Below are positions 9,383 to 18,701 of a DNA stretch of 64,000 nucleotides, piece by piece. Source of the DNA: a virus (taxonomy: Duplodnaviria > Caudoviricetes); IMG/VR virus record IMGVR_UViG_3300012983_000040, positions 1 to 64,000 of that record; one strand, 5' to 3'. Each line of letters begins with the position of its first letter. The first letter of the stretch is position 1. A program made the translations under genes and the position numbers. Below the pieces are notes generated by a model that saw only the letters and a program-made list of their open reading frames with translations, was not told the DNA's origin and searched no databases.

Positions 9383-10559
9383 AGATAGTAAAGGTAAAAT
9401 AAGGGTTGTAGAACTTGATCGTGAATGGAATGATCAACAACATGGGTACGTTATCCACCGTACAACATATCAGTACGGTGGAAAGCGTACTATTCAACCA
9501 GATATTTTAATCCAACGAGGTAAAGTTAATCGTACTGTTACTGAACAAGCTAATCTAGAGTATAACTCACATAAGAAGAAGTATCTAGATAAAGGCTATA
9601 AATTAGTTACTCCAGAAGTTAAATTTGATGATATTAATGCGTTATATGAATTTCTTGGAGATAATAAAACTAATCAAGAAGGAATATTAAAACCTATGCT
9701 AGCTAAGCAAGCAGATAAAATAGCTAGCAGTGTTTTTAATAATGACTTCTATGGTAGCAGAAAAGTTAACGGAACTCGTTGTCTTATTTATTGGAAAGAT
9801 CATGAAATTAAGACTGCTTCTCGCGGCTCTATAAGTTACGATCTTACTTTATATCATATTATTAGACATCCTAAATTAATAGATTTCTTTAAAAAACATC
9901 CAGAGGTTATTTTAGATGGTGAAATTTATAAACATGGATGGCCTCTTAATCGTATCAGTGGTATGTGTAGAAGCCAGTCTACTGTTGATGAAACTAAACC
10001 ATTAGAATTTTACTGGTATGATATTGTTGATTTAGAAAAGCCATTTTCTGAAAGATGGGAACTTATGCAGGAATATGCTTCTGAATTGGAATTACTTGAA
10101 TTTGATCCTATCCGAGAATGGAAAGAAGGCGAATTAAAGATTCAATTACTTCCTCAGAAACAAATGACTGGCTGGTCTACTTTAATGAAATATCATAATG
10201 AATATGTAAAAGAAGGTTGGGAGGGTCTTGTTATTAGAAAGGCTTCTGGTAAATATGGACCTGGAAAACGTACTAATGATATGATAAAGATTAAGATTTA
10301 TAAAGATTCAGAGTATGAAATTGTAGGATTATCTGAAGGTTTAAGAGATGAAGATATGTGTTTTGTTATGAAAACTTCCAATGGTCAAGAGTTTAAAGCC
10401 AAACCAATGGGGGACAGAGAGCAGAAACAATGGTATCGAGACCATCTTGATGAACTTATAGGTAAAATGGCTACTATTAAATATTTTGAAATGTCTGGCA
10501 AAGAAGGCAGTGAGATACCACAACAACCAATTTTCGTAGCAATTAGGGAGGATTTATGA
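9363..10559 (+). CDS. lig: ATP-dependent DNA ligase
   Basis: KPMLA, RKVNGTR (motif I variant KxNG), LDGEIY, EGLVIR and MIKIK. Confidence 0.9.
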   Translation: MEILVSKDSKGKIRVVELDREWNDQQHGYVIHRTTYQYGGKRTIQPDILIQRGKVNRTVTEQANLEYNSHKKKYLDKGYKLVTPEVKFDDINALYEFLGDNKTNQEGILKPMLAKQADKIASSVFNNDFYGSRKVNGTRCLIYWKDHEIKTASRGSISYDLTLYHIIRHPKLIDFFKKHPEVILDGEIYKHGWPLNRISGMCRSQSTVDETKPLEFYWYDIVDLEKPFSERWELMQEYASELELLEFDPIREWKEGELKIQLLPQKQMTGWSTLMKYHNEYVKEGWEGLVIRKASGKYGPGKRTNDMIKIKIYKDSEYEIVGLSEGLRDEDMCFVMKTSNGQEFKAKPMGDREQKQWYRDHLDELIGKMATIKYFEMSGKEGSEIPQQPIFVAIREDL

Positions 10560-10852
10560 AAAAAGAGGATTTACAATTAGCAGAAAAATTATTAAAAGAG
10601 TTTAATAAGTACATTGATGATCTTCAAACAATGGGAATTGACTTAATTGAAACCCCTTTATTTCATTGTTTTGGAGCATTATTTGATCTTTTAATAAAAT
10701 CGCATTACCGTACTGAGGGACAAGATTGGATTAATTGGTATTTCTTTGAAAAAGGAGATCGTGAAGACATAAAAGCCTATGATGAAAATAATAGAGAAAT
10801 ATGTCGTGATTTTGATGAGTTATATCGGTTAGTTGAAGATTACGAAAGGTGA
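10556..10852 (+). CDS. Hypothetical protein
   Basis: 98 aa ORF with 4 nt overlaps to both neighbours. Confidence 0.65.
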   Translation: MKKEDLQLAEKLLKEFNKYIDDLQTMGIDLIETPLFHCFGALFDLLIKSHYRTEGQDWINWYFFEKGDREDIKAYDENNREICRDFDELYRLVEDYER

Positions 10853-12264
10853 TTTATCTAGTAACTAATAATCCTAATTTGGATTCTAAGTATACTAAAA
10901 TCAGTGTAGATGAATCTCTTAAAATGTTAGAGGAGCAAGAAGAATTACAATATGATTCTGAGACTACTGGCAGAGATTCTCATCTATGTGATTTATTGTG
11001 TGCACAATTCGGCTACGGTCATGGTAAAGTCCAGATCGTAGTCGATTGTACTACAGTAGATATTAGACAGTACAAACAAATACTTGAATCTAAATTACTA
11101 ATAGGCCATAATCTTAAGTTTGATTTACAATTCCTTTATAATTATGAAATAGTTCCCTTAAAAGTATGGGATACTATGGTAATAGAACAATTATTGCATC
11201 TTGGATATAATAATAAGTTTTTTCATTATTCATTAAAGGATGTTGCATTTCGATATTTAAAGATAGATATTGATAAATCTATTAGAGGTGAAATTATTTG
11301 GAGAGGTCTAGATGATGAAGTTATTAAATATGCTGCTGGGGATGTTACTTATCTTGAAAATATTAAAGACGAGGAATACCAAGCTTGTGTATTTAATAAA
11401 TGTATCAATGGAGCCAAATTGGAGAATGGATTTGTTCCTGTAATTGCATATCTAGAGTGGTGTGGAATTAAATTGGATATAGATAAGTGGAAAATTAGAA
11501 TGCAGAAGAATAAGGAAATGCTAGATTCTTGTGCTCAACAACTAACTGATTTTGTACTTAGACATAATGATCCACGATTTGCTGAACCTACTTTATTTGG
11601 TCCTATGTGTTTTATAAATTGGAATAGTTCTGAACAAGTTATTCCATTCTTAAAAGCATTGGGATTTAATACTACTGTTGTTGATAAGAAGACACACAAA
11701 AGTAAAGATAGTGCTGAGTTTAAAAATCTTAAAAAACAAAAAGGTATTAACGATGAATTCTTAGAAATTTATGGTAAATACTGTGAAACTTTTAAAGATT
11801 TATCTACTTATGGACAACAATATATTGATTCAATAAATCCTAAGACTGGTAGAATTCATACTACCTTCTGGGGACTTGGAGCAGACACTGGCCGAATGAG
11901 TTGTGGTTCAACTAAACCTAATTATGATGTAGCTAAAGCTAAAGGATTAGTTCCTAGTAAATGTATATATCCGCAGTTACAAAATTTGCCTGCAGATGAA
12001 TTTACGAGAGCTTCTTTTGTAGCTGAAGAAGGGAACTTAATGGTAAGTTGTGATTTTGCAGCGTTGGAGTCCCGTTTAGGAGCTGACATCTATAACGAAC
12101 ACTCAATGATTAAAGAATTCTTAGAGGGAAGTGGTGATATTCATTCTCTAACTGCTAAAGCATGCTTTCCTAAAGAATTAGAAGGAATTGAAGTTAAAGA
12201 TATTAAACGATTAAGACCTGATCTTAGAAATAAAGCTAAACCGGTGGAATTTTCACAACAGTTT
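10849..12264 (+). CDS. polA: Family A DNA polymerase, exon 1 (3'-5' exonuclease plus polymerase motifs A and B)
   Basis: DSETTG, HNLKFD, YAAGD, TGRMS, QNLP, DFAALESR and RNKAKPVEFSQQF. Confidence 0.92.
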
Positions 12265-12285
12265 GAATTTTTTATAATCAATTAT

Positions 12286-12316
12286 TTTGTATTTTCTCAG
12301 AAATATTGTACATTTG
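12286..12316 (+). promoter_or_regulatory. Intron-internal Bacteroidota promoter
   Basis: TTTG-N19-TACATTTG, 35 nt upstream of ATG 12352. Confidence 0.7.
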
Positions 12317-12351
12317 TAATATAAATCAAAAATATTATAAATAACAATATT

Positions 12352-13203
12352 ATGGGAAAAATTAATTGGACTGAAGAAAAATTAGAAAAATTAAAGCAAA
12401 TGTATTTAGAAGGAATTCCAAATAAAGAAATTGGAGAATATTTTGGAATAAAAGCTAATACTGTTTGCTATTGGGTAGATAAGTTAAATTTACCTAAAAG
12501 AGGTAAAGGAAAATTTAAAAAGATAGATAATCCATTTTTGGAGCAAACACATGAAAGAGATTATTGGTTAGGATATATATTTGCAGATGGACATGTTCAT
12601 CGAGGATGGCTACAACTTTGTTCTATTAACAAGGAGGTTGTAGAAGAGTTTAATAAATTTTGTAATAGCAATTGTACAATTACTACAGAAGATTATAAAG
12701 TTCAAAATGGAGATACTCATACAATATATAAAGCAAACTTATATTCTGTATCAATAACAGAATGGTTTATGAAAACCTTTAATATAGAATCCACTAAACA
12801 TCATACTTTAAATCCAAATATAGAGATAAATTGGGATATTATACGAGGATATTTTGATGGTGATGGTTCCGCACATAAAAAAGGTGGCTTTACTATTAAC
12901 TCAAGTTCAAAAATTTGGATTGATAGATTGGCTAATTTTATAAGTACTTTTAATATTAAAGTTAAAATAAACCAATACTTAGAATGTTATAAATTATGTG
13001 TTTGGTCAAAAGATGATTTAAAAAAATTAATTCCTTTACTTTATTCTAATGCCAATTTTTATTTAGATTATAAAAGAAAAAGATTCGAACCTTTTATCAG
13101 TAATGATAATCGAAAACAGGATGAATTGCTGGAACCCTGCGATGGGAATCAGCAGCCAAGCCAACCTTTAACAAAGTTGGAAGGTTCAGAGACTAACAGT
13201 TGA
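12352..13203 (+). CDS. Intron-encoded two-motif LAGLIDADG homing endonuclease with N-terminal HTH
   Basis: YWLGYIFADG and IIRGYFDGDG. The 3' end runs through the intron core. Confidence 0.88.
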   Translation: MGKINWTEEKLEKLKQMYLEGIPNKEIGEYFGIKANTVCYWVDKLNLPKRGKGKFKKIDNPFLEQTHERDYWLGYIFADGHVHRGWLQLCSINKEVVEEFNKFCNSNCTITTEDYKVQNGDTHTIYKANLYSVSITEWFMKTFNIESTKHHTLNPNIEINWDIIRGYFDGDGSAHKKGGFTINSSSKIWIDRLANFISTFNIKVKINQYLECYKLCVWSKDDLKKLIPLLYSNANFYLDYKRKRFEPFISNDNRKQDELLEPCDGNQQPSQPLTKLEGSETNS

Positions 13204-13208
13204 AACTT

Positions 13209-13370
13209 ATGAATAAATGTAAACATCAAGTAGCATTAAAGGATTTTCCTTATAATTGTTGTAAGGCACAAAGATACTGGCTTCCAGTGCTGTGCCCATA
13301 TAATTATTTAGAATGTCCAGTATATTCACAAGAATATAATACTGACACGAGCGTCCTGCCCCTTGATTAA
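13209..13370 (+). CDS. Putative 53 aa Cys-rich mini-ORF inside the polA intron
   Basis: ATG 13209 to TAA 13370: MNKCKHQVALKDFPYNCCKAQRYWLPVLCPYNYLECPVYSQEYNTDTSVLPLD. Confidence 0.35.
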   Translation: MNKCKHQVALKDFPYNCCKAQRYWLPVLCPYNYLECPVYSQEYNTDTSVLPLD

Positions 13371-13449
13371 GGGTGATGATATAGTCCGAGCTTATTTGAA
13401 TAAGAAAAATAAGAATTAATATTTAAATGGTATTAAGATAACAAAACTG

Positions 13450-14019
13450 GGTGGCAGTGCTGAGGCTATTAGAAATCAATTAGGTTGTAGTAAAGCTGAA
13501 GCTAAAGAGATTGCAGAAGCTTATAATAAAGGTTTCCCTGGAATTGCTAAATTCAAGGCTAAAGGTGCTGATTTTGTAAGTAAAAATGGCTATATACTTC
13601 TGTGTAAGTATACAGGACATAAAACCTATTGGGAAGACTTTAATAAGTGGAGAGAAATTGAGAATGAAAATCCTGAAGTTTTAGCTAATGCATATTCTAA
13701 AGAAGCAATAAAAGAACATAACTCAGCTGCTTCTAAATGGTTTAGAAAAAGTCTTAATAGTCCTACCCAAGGAACTGGTATAATAATATTAAAGTATGCT
13801 ATGATTCTATTCTTTAGATGGCTTGTATCTGAAGGATTATTTGGAAAAGTGTTGTTATGTGATCTTGTTCACGATGAAGCAGTGGTAGAATTTCCAAAGG
13901 AACTTGAAGAACTTGTTCCAAGTAAACTTAAATTTTATATGGAAAAAGCTGCCTCTAAGTTTTGTAAAAAACTACCAATTCCAGCAGTACCGGAAGTAGG
14001 AACTCATTGGATACATTAA
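13450..14019 (+). CDS. polA: Family A DNA polymerase, exon 2
   Basis: GGSAEAI...FPGI...NSPTQGT...VHDE (motif C). The spliced protein is 661 aa. Confidence 0.92.
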   Translation, partial: GGSAEAIRNQLGCSKAEAKEIAEAYNKGFPGIAKFKAKGADFVSKNGYILLCKYTGHKTYWEDFNKWREIENENPEVLANAYSKEAIKEHNSAASKWFRKSLNSPTQGTGIIILKYAMILFFRWLVSEGLFGKVLLCDLVHDEAVVEFPKELEELVPSKLKFYMEKAASKFCKKLPIPAVPEVGTHWIH

Positions 14020-14348
14020 CATTATTTAACTTTGGTATATCGAGAATTTTGAGTAATTTTGTAACTGTAAATATTGATAAATCTCTAGCAGAGCAGTTGG
14101 AGTATTTAGGTATTCTAACTGACTCTGTTAGAGAGTTTAATATTGGTACTAGTAATTATTGTGAGCACGTTATACAACCTTGGTCTATTTGGTTAGATTA
14201 TGACTTAGATCCTTGGGATGCTGATATTATCAAACGTGTACTTAGAACAAAGATAGAACCAGGAAAATCTGAAAAAGAAAGCAGAATCTTGGATTATAAA
14301 AAGATACAACATATATGTTCTGAAAAAATAAGACAACTAGAAAAATGA
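14007..14348 (+). CDS. Hypothetical protein, DUF3310-like
   Basis: IGTSNYCEHVIQPW...DIIKRVLR...LDYKKIQH pattern; family call from recall. Confidence 0.55.
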   Translation: MDTLTLFNFGISRILSNFVTVNIDKSLAEQLEYLGILTDSVREFNIGTSNYCEHVIQPWSIWLDYDLDPWDADIIKRVLRTKIEPGKSEKESRILDYKKIQHICSEKIRQLEK

Positions 14349-14959
14349 GTTACGGAACTGCAATTTTTCCTAAAATTGAAGATTTTACTAAGTATGGCGG
14401 TTTAAGTATTGAAGAACTAAAAAGTCATAGAGATTCTGAAATTAGATTAATGACTAATGCATTTGTAGAACTTAGGGCTTTATCATTATGTACTCCATTT
14501 AACTTATTTGGAGATAATGCGTATAGAAGAGTTAGTCAACTTGTAGATGGATATATTAGTGACTATGTTGAATCATTCCAAATCAATTTTGATTTAAATA
14601 GTTTATTGGATCTTAAATATCAAGAACCTACAATTACTAAAGAAGGAGATCTCGAAAAAGTTCCTTATTTATACTTTAATCACTATGTATATCATAGTAA
14701 AGAAGAAGCAGAGGACGCTGTTGAAAATAGTTTTGATGATTTATTAAAAATTAAGTCTAAGATACTAGGAATTTGTTTAGCTACGCCAATAGATATTACT
14801 CCTCGTGATGAAACACAATATGCTGATGGACATTATGAACCATTAACGTATCTTGAACAAGAGATGGATTATTTAGAAGAATCTTTAGAAGATTGTTTAC
14901 ACACTATGTGTGTTGCTAAAATGGTTGCAAAATATTGGGATGGACACAAAGAAGGTTAA
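14345..14959 (+). CDS. Hypothetical protein
   Basis: 204 aa ORF, ATGA-coupled to the previous gene. Confidence 0.65.
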   Translation: MSYGTAIFPKIEDFTKYGGLSIEELKSHRDSEIRLMTNAFVELRALSLCTPFNLFGDNAYRRVSQLVDGYISDYVESFQINFDLNSLLDLKYQEPTITKEGDLEKVPYLYFNHYVYHSKEEAEDAVENSFDDLLKIKSKILGICLATPIDITPRDETQYADGHYEPLTYLEQEMDYLEESLEDCLHTMCVAKMVAKYWDGHKEG

Positions 14960-15203
14960 ATTATATAAATTTTATGTAGATTGGTGTGCACCTTGCAAAT
15001 TTCAAACTGCTATATTTGAAAAAGATCCATTAAATATAGAGTTAGTTAGTGTAAACGTTGAAGAAAATGAAGAATTAGCTGAGAAGTTCGGAGTTCGCAA
15101 CCTTCCCACTCTAATATTAGTAGATGATGAAGATAATATAATAACAAGTTGGCACGGAATCACACAACCAAAAGTAATTAATGACTTTATAAATGAACAC
15201 TGA
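14940..15203 (+). CDS. Thioredoxin-like protein
   Basis: WCAPC motif and FGVRNLPTL; likely start is ATG 14940. Confidence 0.85.
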   Translation: MDTKKVKLYKFYVDWCAPCKFQTAIFEKDPLNIELVSVNVEENEELAEKFGVRNLPTLILVDDEDNIITSWHGITQPKVINDFINEH

Positions 15204-15417
15204 TTTTAAGAATGGCATTATAAGAACTAAAGACAGTATTATATGTTTATGTGATGAATCAGGGAAATTTCTTGAATCATTATATGATTGGAAAAAGAAA
15301 GAGAAGTCGCAAAAATTTAATATTTACATGCCAGATGAGTTCTATTTGCCTGTAATAATAGATAGACCTACAAGATACTTGATTCATAATAATGATCTTA
15401 TCTTAACACTTGTATGA
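15193..15417 (+). CDS. Hypothetical protein
   Basis: 74 aa ORF overlapping both neighbours. Confidence 0.55.
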   Translation: MNTDFKNGIIRTKDSIICLCDESGKFLESLYDWKKKEKSQKFNIYMPDEFYLPVIIDRPTRYLIHNNDLILTLV

Positions 15418-16319
15418 AACTTGTAAAACAATACGTGGAACTTTTTGAACAAGGTCCAGGTATTGATGGTATGTATAACGCTATTGAAGATGCTGCCCGA
15501 ATTTGCTATAAATCTAGTGGTAGATTAGGAAAAGAATTTGTAGATAAGTTAATTAAAAAGAAGCACACTGCTGTTTTAGAGCATGGTACAGTATATCTTA
15601 GTATACCTATTGGCCCTTCTTTTAAAGATGATAGATTTGTAGAAAAGTACGCCTTAAAACATTTCTTTTTACATAATCAATATTCGAAGGGTGTTCAAGT
15701 TTCTTATTATGATAAGGATACATGCCCAGTAGAGTTTAAAGAGATGTGTGATAATTGGGAAGGAGTAAATGTTTGTTATATAACAACAAGTTTTCGTATT
15801 ATTTTAGATAACTTTAAGGATATTGACGAAGTACTTAAATATTGGTCAGAACCTACTAAGTATCATCCAAAAAGAATATCTATGAAAATTGTTTGTGATA
15901 GAATAAATTCTCAAAGTTTTATGCGCCATAGACGATTTAGTTTCGCTCAAGAAAGTACTCGTTATTGTAACTATAATAATGATAAGTTTGATAATGAAGT
16001 ATCATTTGTAGTTCCGTACTGGTATAAATATGGTAAAGGAACTAATGATAGAGAGTGTTCTATGGATTCCGAATTTGAAAACTGTTGTAGAGATTCTGAG
16101 AAAAGTTATCTACGAATGATTCAGTGGGGAGCTAAACCTCAAGAAGCTAGACAAGTTTTAATAAATGCTTTAAAGACTGAATTTATAATGACTGGTTTTG
16201 CTGATGATTGGAAACACTTTTTAGACGTAAGAACAACTAACACTTATGGAACACCCCATCCTGACATGATGGATCTCGCTCTTATGATAAAAAGTAAAAT
16301 CCAAGATAAGATTTATTAA
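15414..16319 (+). CDS. thyX: Flavin-dependent thymidylate synthase
   Basis: RHRRFSFAQESTRY signature, H..VLEH and EARQVL. Confidence 0.92.
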   Translation: MKLVKQYVELFEQGPGIDGMYNAIEDAARICYKSSGRLGKEFVDKLIKKKHTAVLEHGTVYLSIPIGPSFKDDRFVEKYALKHFFLHNQYSKGVQVSYYDKDTCPVEFKEMCDNWEGVNVCYITTSFRIILDNFKDIDEVLKYWSEPTKYHPKRISMKIVCDRINSQSFMRHRRFSFAQESTRYCNYNNDKFDNEVSFVVPYWYKYGKGTNDRECSMDSEFENCCRDSEKSYLRMIQWGAKPQEARQVLINALKTEFIMTGFADDWKHFLDVRTTNTYGTPHPDMMDLALMIKSKIQDKIY

Positions 16320-16341
16320 TATAAATTAATTTAAATGTTTT

Positions 16342-17457
16342 ATGCGTAAATTTATTTTATTATTTACAATTATGTTTGGTTTGTGTATTAGTGCACAGAC
16401 TATTGAGAGTCAAAAAGTTTTTGATAATGTTGAAGTAACTGTTAAGGGTGGTGTTTCAGCACTTACTCATCCTGGCTGTAATGATTATGTTGATTGGGGA
16501 CATACTCTTAAAGCAAGTACTTCCATTGGCATTTCTAAATGGATTACTCCTAAATTTGGAGTAGGCATTGAGTCAACTATTGGTTGGGAAAATGGAACAT
16601 TAAAAGGTCTTAAGTTCAATGAAGGCTGGAGGACTTTTAAAGGCAAAAACTGGGTTAGCTATGTTGATGTATTAGCAACATCAAGATTTAACTTAAATAA
16701 TATCCTTCATGGATATAAGGGAACTCAGGATAAAGTAGAATTTATTCCAAATATTGGTATTGGCTGGGTACATGGCTTTAAGTATCGCTCTTTAATCTCT
16801 TTAGGTCCTGGTATGATGGGTTCGCATCTTGGTACTAAACATACTAATGATATTATGACTAAGTATGCTGTAGATATTAAGTTTAACTTGTCAAATCATT
16901 TTGGTTTGATCGTTACTCCATACTATGCATTTAATCTTACTGGAGGTAAGTTTAACCGAAGCAATAATATTATTGTGGAAACAAATAAACCAAAGTTTGA
17001 TTCTAGAAATTCATGGTATGGTATTGAAGCTGGTTTAACTTATAGATTTGGTAAACAGTTTACTATTTGTCCTTATACCTATACTGAAGCTGAAGTAGAG
17101 ACACTTAGAGAGGAAATCAATGAGTTACGTAGAATGCCTACAGTTAAGAAAGTTATTGTAGAGAAAGAAGTTATTAAAGAAATTCCTTCAACACAGTATG
17201 TTGTTTTCTTTAATAAAGACTCTTATGATTTGACTGATAATGCCATTCAGTTATTGAATACAATTCCTAGTGGTACTAATGTGGTTATTGTAGGAAGTGC
17301 TAGTCCCGAAGGTAATGATTCACACAATTTGAGACTGTCACAAGACAGAGCTTATGTAGTTAAGTCTCATCTTGAAAGTCGTAAAGTTAATGTGCTTGAT
17401 ACTAAGTCTTCTGGAACTGAACTAGGTTCTCGTGTTGTAATTATAAAAGTACAATAA
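16342..17457 (+). CDS. OmpA-family outer-membrane protein (signal peptide, beta-barrel, coiled coil, OmpA C-domain)
   Basis: N-terminal signal MRKFILLFTIMFGLCISA; amphipathic strands ending GLTYRF; VFFNKDSYDL...GSASPEG...NLRLSQDRA. Confidence 0.85.
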   Translation: MRKFILLFTIMFGLCISAQTIESQKVFDNVEVTVKGGVSALTHPGCNDYVDWGHTLKASTSIGISKWITPKFGVGIESTIGWENGTLKGLKFNEGWRTFKGKNWVSYVDVLATSRFNLNNILHGYKGTQDKVEFIPNIGIGWVHGFKYRSLISLGPGMMGSHLGTKHTNDIMTKYAVDIKFNLSNHFGLIVTPYYAFNLTGGKFNRSNNIIVETNKPKFDSRNSWYGIEAGLTYRFGKQFTICPYTYTEAEVETLREEINELRRMPTVKKVIVEKEVIKEIPSTQYVVFFNKDSYDLTDNAIQLLNTIPSGTNVVIVGSASPEGNDSHNLRLSQDRAYVVKSHLESRKVNVLDTKSSGTELGSRVVIIKVQ

Positions 17458-17463
17458 TAAAAT

Positions 17464-17490
17464 AGGGCCTCTAGATAATCTAGGGGCCCT
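17464..17490 (+). terminator. 12 bp hairpin after the OmpA-like gene (terminator or processing signal)
   Basis: AGGGCCTCTAGA-TAA-TCTAGGGGCCCT; no immediate U tract. Confidence 0.55.
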
Positions 17491-17495
17491 TAAAT

Positions 17496-17762
17496 ATGTT
17501 TTTTATGTATAAATTCGACAAAGACAAAACGTTTTTTACTTCTGATACTCATTTTAATCATAAAAAGATTATGGAGTATTGTAAACGTCCATTTTCTTCT
17601 GTAGAGGAAATGAACAAAAAATTGATAAGTAACTGGAATGAAGTAGTCTCTGACGACTGTACAGTCTTCCATTTGGGAGATTTTGCCTTCGGTGGATTCC
17701 CTATTTGGGAGGACATAAGAAGTCAGCTACGAGGCCATATAATCCTTATAAAAGGAAATCAT
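17496..17762 (+). CDS. Metallophosphoesterase exon 1
   Basis: TSDTHFNH, HLGDFA and IKGNH at the splice site. Confidence 0.88.
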
Positions 17763-17777
17763 AAATATTATAAAAGG

Positions 17778-17809
17778 TTTCAATAATTGTAGAATTTTTT
17801 GTATCTTTG
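17778..17809 (+). promoter_or_regulatory. Intron-internal Bacteroidota promoter (degenerate -33)
   Basis: TTTC-N20-TATCTTTG, ending 4 nt before ATG 17814. Confidence 0.55.
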
Positions 17810-17813
17810 TATT

Positions 17814-18701
17814 ATGGACAATTCAAAATATGACGTAAATGATTGTTTCTTTGAAACAATTGATACAGAGCAAAAAGCATATATTTTAGGATTTATATAT
17901 GCAGATGGATATAATTCAGGATACAGATTATAGATGTCTCAATTAATTCAAGATGTTGATATATTGTATCAAATAAAAGAAACTATGGAATCAGAGCATC
18001 CTATAACTAAAGGTTTAAATAATGCAAAACATGAAATAGCTACTTTAAATATAAATAGAAAGTGTATATGTGAAGATTTAACTAAATTAGGTGCTATTAA
18101 GAATAAATCCTTAATTCTTACATTTCCTTCTTTTGATATAGTTCCAGAACACTTAATGCATCACTTTATTAGAGGATACTTTGATGGCGATGGATGTGTT
18201 TGGGACGGTAAAGAAAAAATTTATTTAGTTAAGAATTATAAAAGACCAGGATATAGATATAAGAAAGTACATAACGTAAAATTTAATATTACTGGAAGCA
18301 TTGACTTTATTACTGGGCTTCAAAATTATTTAATTAATAAATTAGGTTTTTCTAAAACAAAATTAAGTCAAAAGAAAGAAGATAACGGTTGGAGAACAAT
18401 GGAATATTCTGGTAGGCGGTAGCTTAAAAAATTTCATGATTATATTTATAAAGATGCTACAATATATGGACATCGTAAGAAAGAAACTTTTAATAAAATT
18501 ATTTGTGCTCTTGATGAGAAATCATCAAGTGAACCGGGGTTAACTGCTGGGACGCCTGAGATGGTAATCAGCAACCAAGCCGAGAAATCGGAAGGCTCAT
18601 CGACTATTCCTGAAATGGAAGTAGAATCAAGCGATTCGAAATGCCCCGCTCCTAACTCGAAAGAGAAGGATGGTGATATAGTCAGTTCTAATACGAAATG
18701 A
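17814..18701 (+). CDS. Intron-encoded LAGLIDADG endonuclease (295 aa) with two in-frame TAG codons read as Gln
   Basis: AYILGFIYADG precedes TAG 17931-17933; FIRGYFDGDG follows it. After TAG 18420-18422 the sequence continues LKKFHDYIYKDATIY. Ends in TGA at 18699-18701. Confidence 0.82.

Larger units (their letters stand above)
12265..13449 (+). mobile_element. Group I intron in polA (1185 nt)
   Basis: U before the intron and G at its end. Core GAATTGCTGGAA, AATCAGCAG, GTTCAGAGACTA and GATATAGTCC. Splicing restores EFSQQF-GGSAEAI. Confidence 0.93.
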
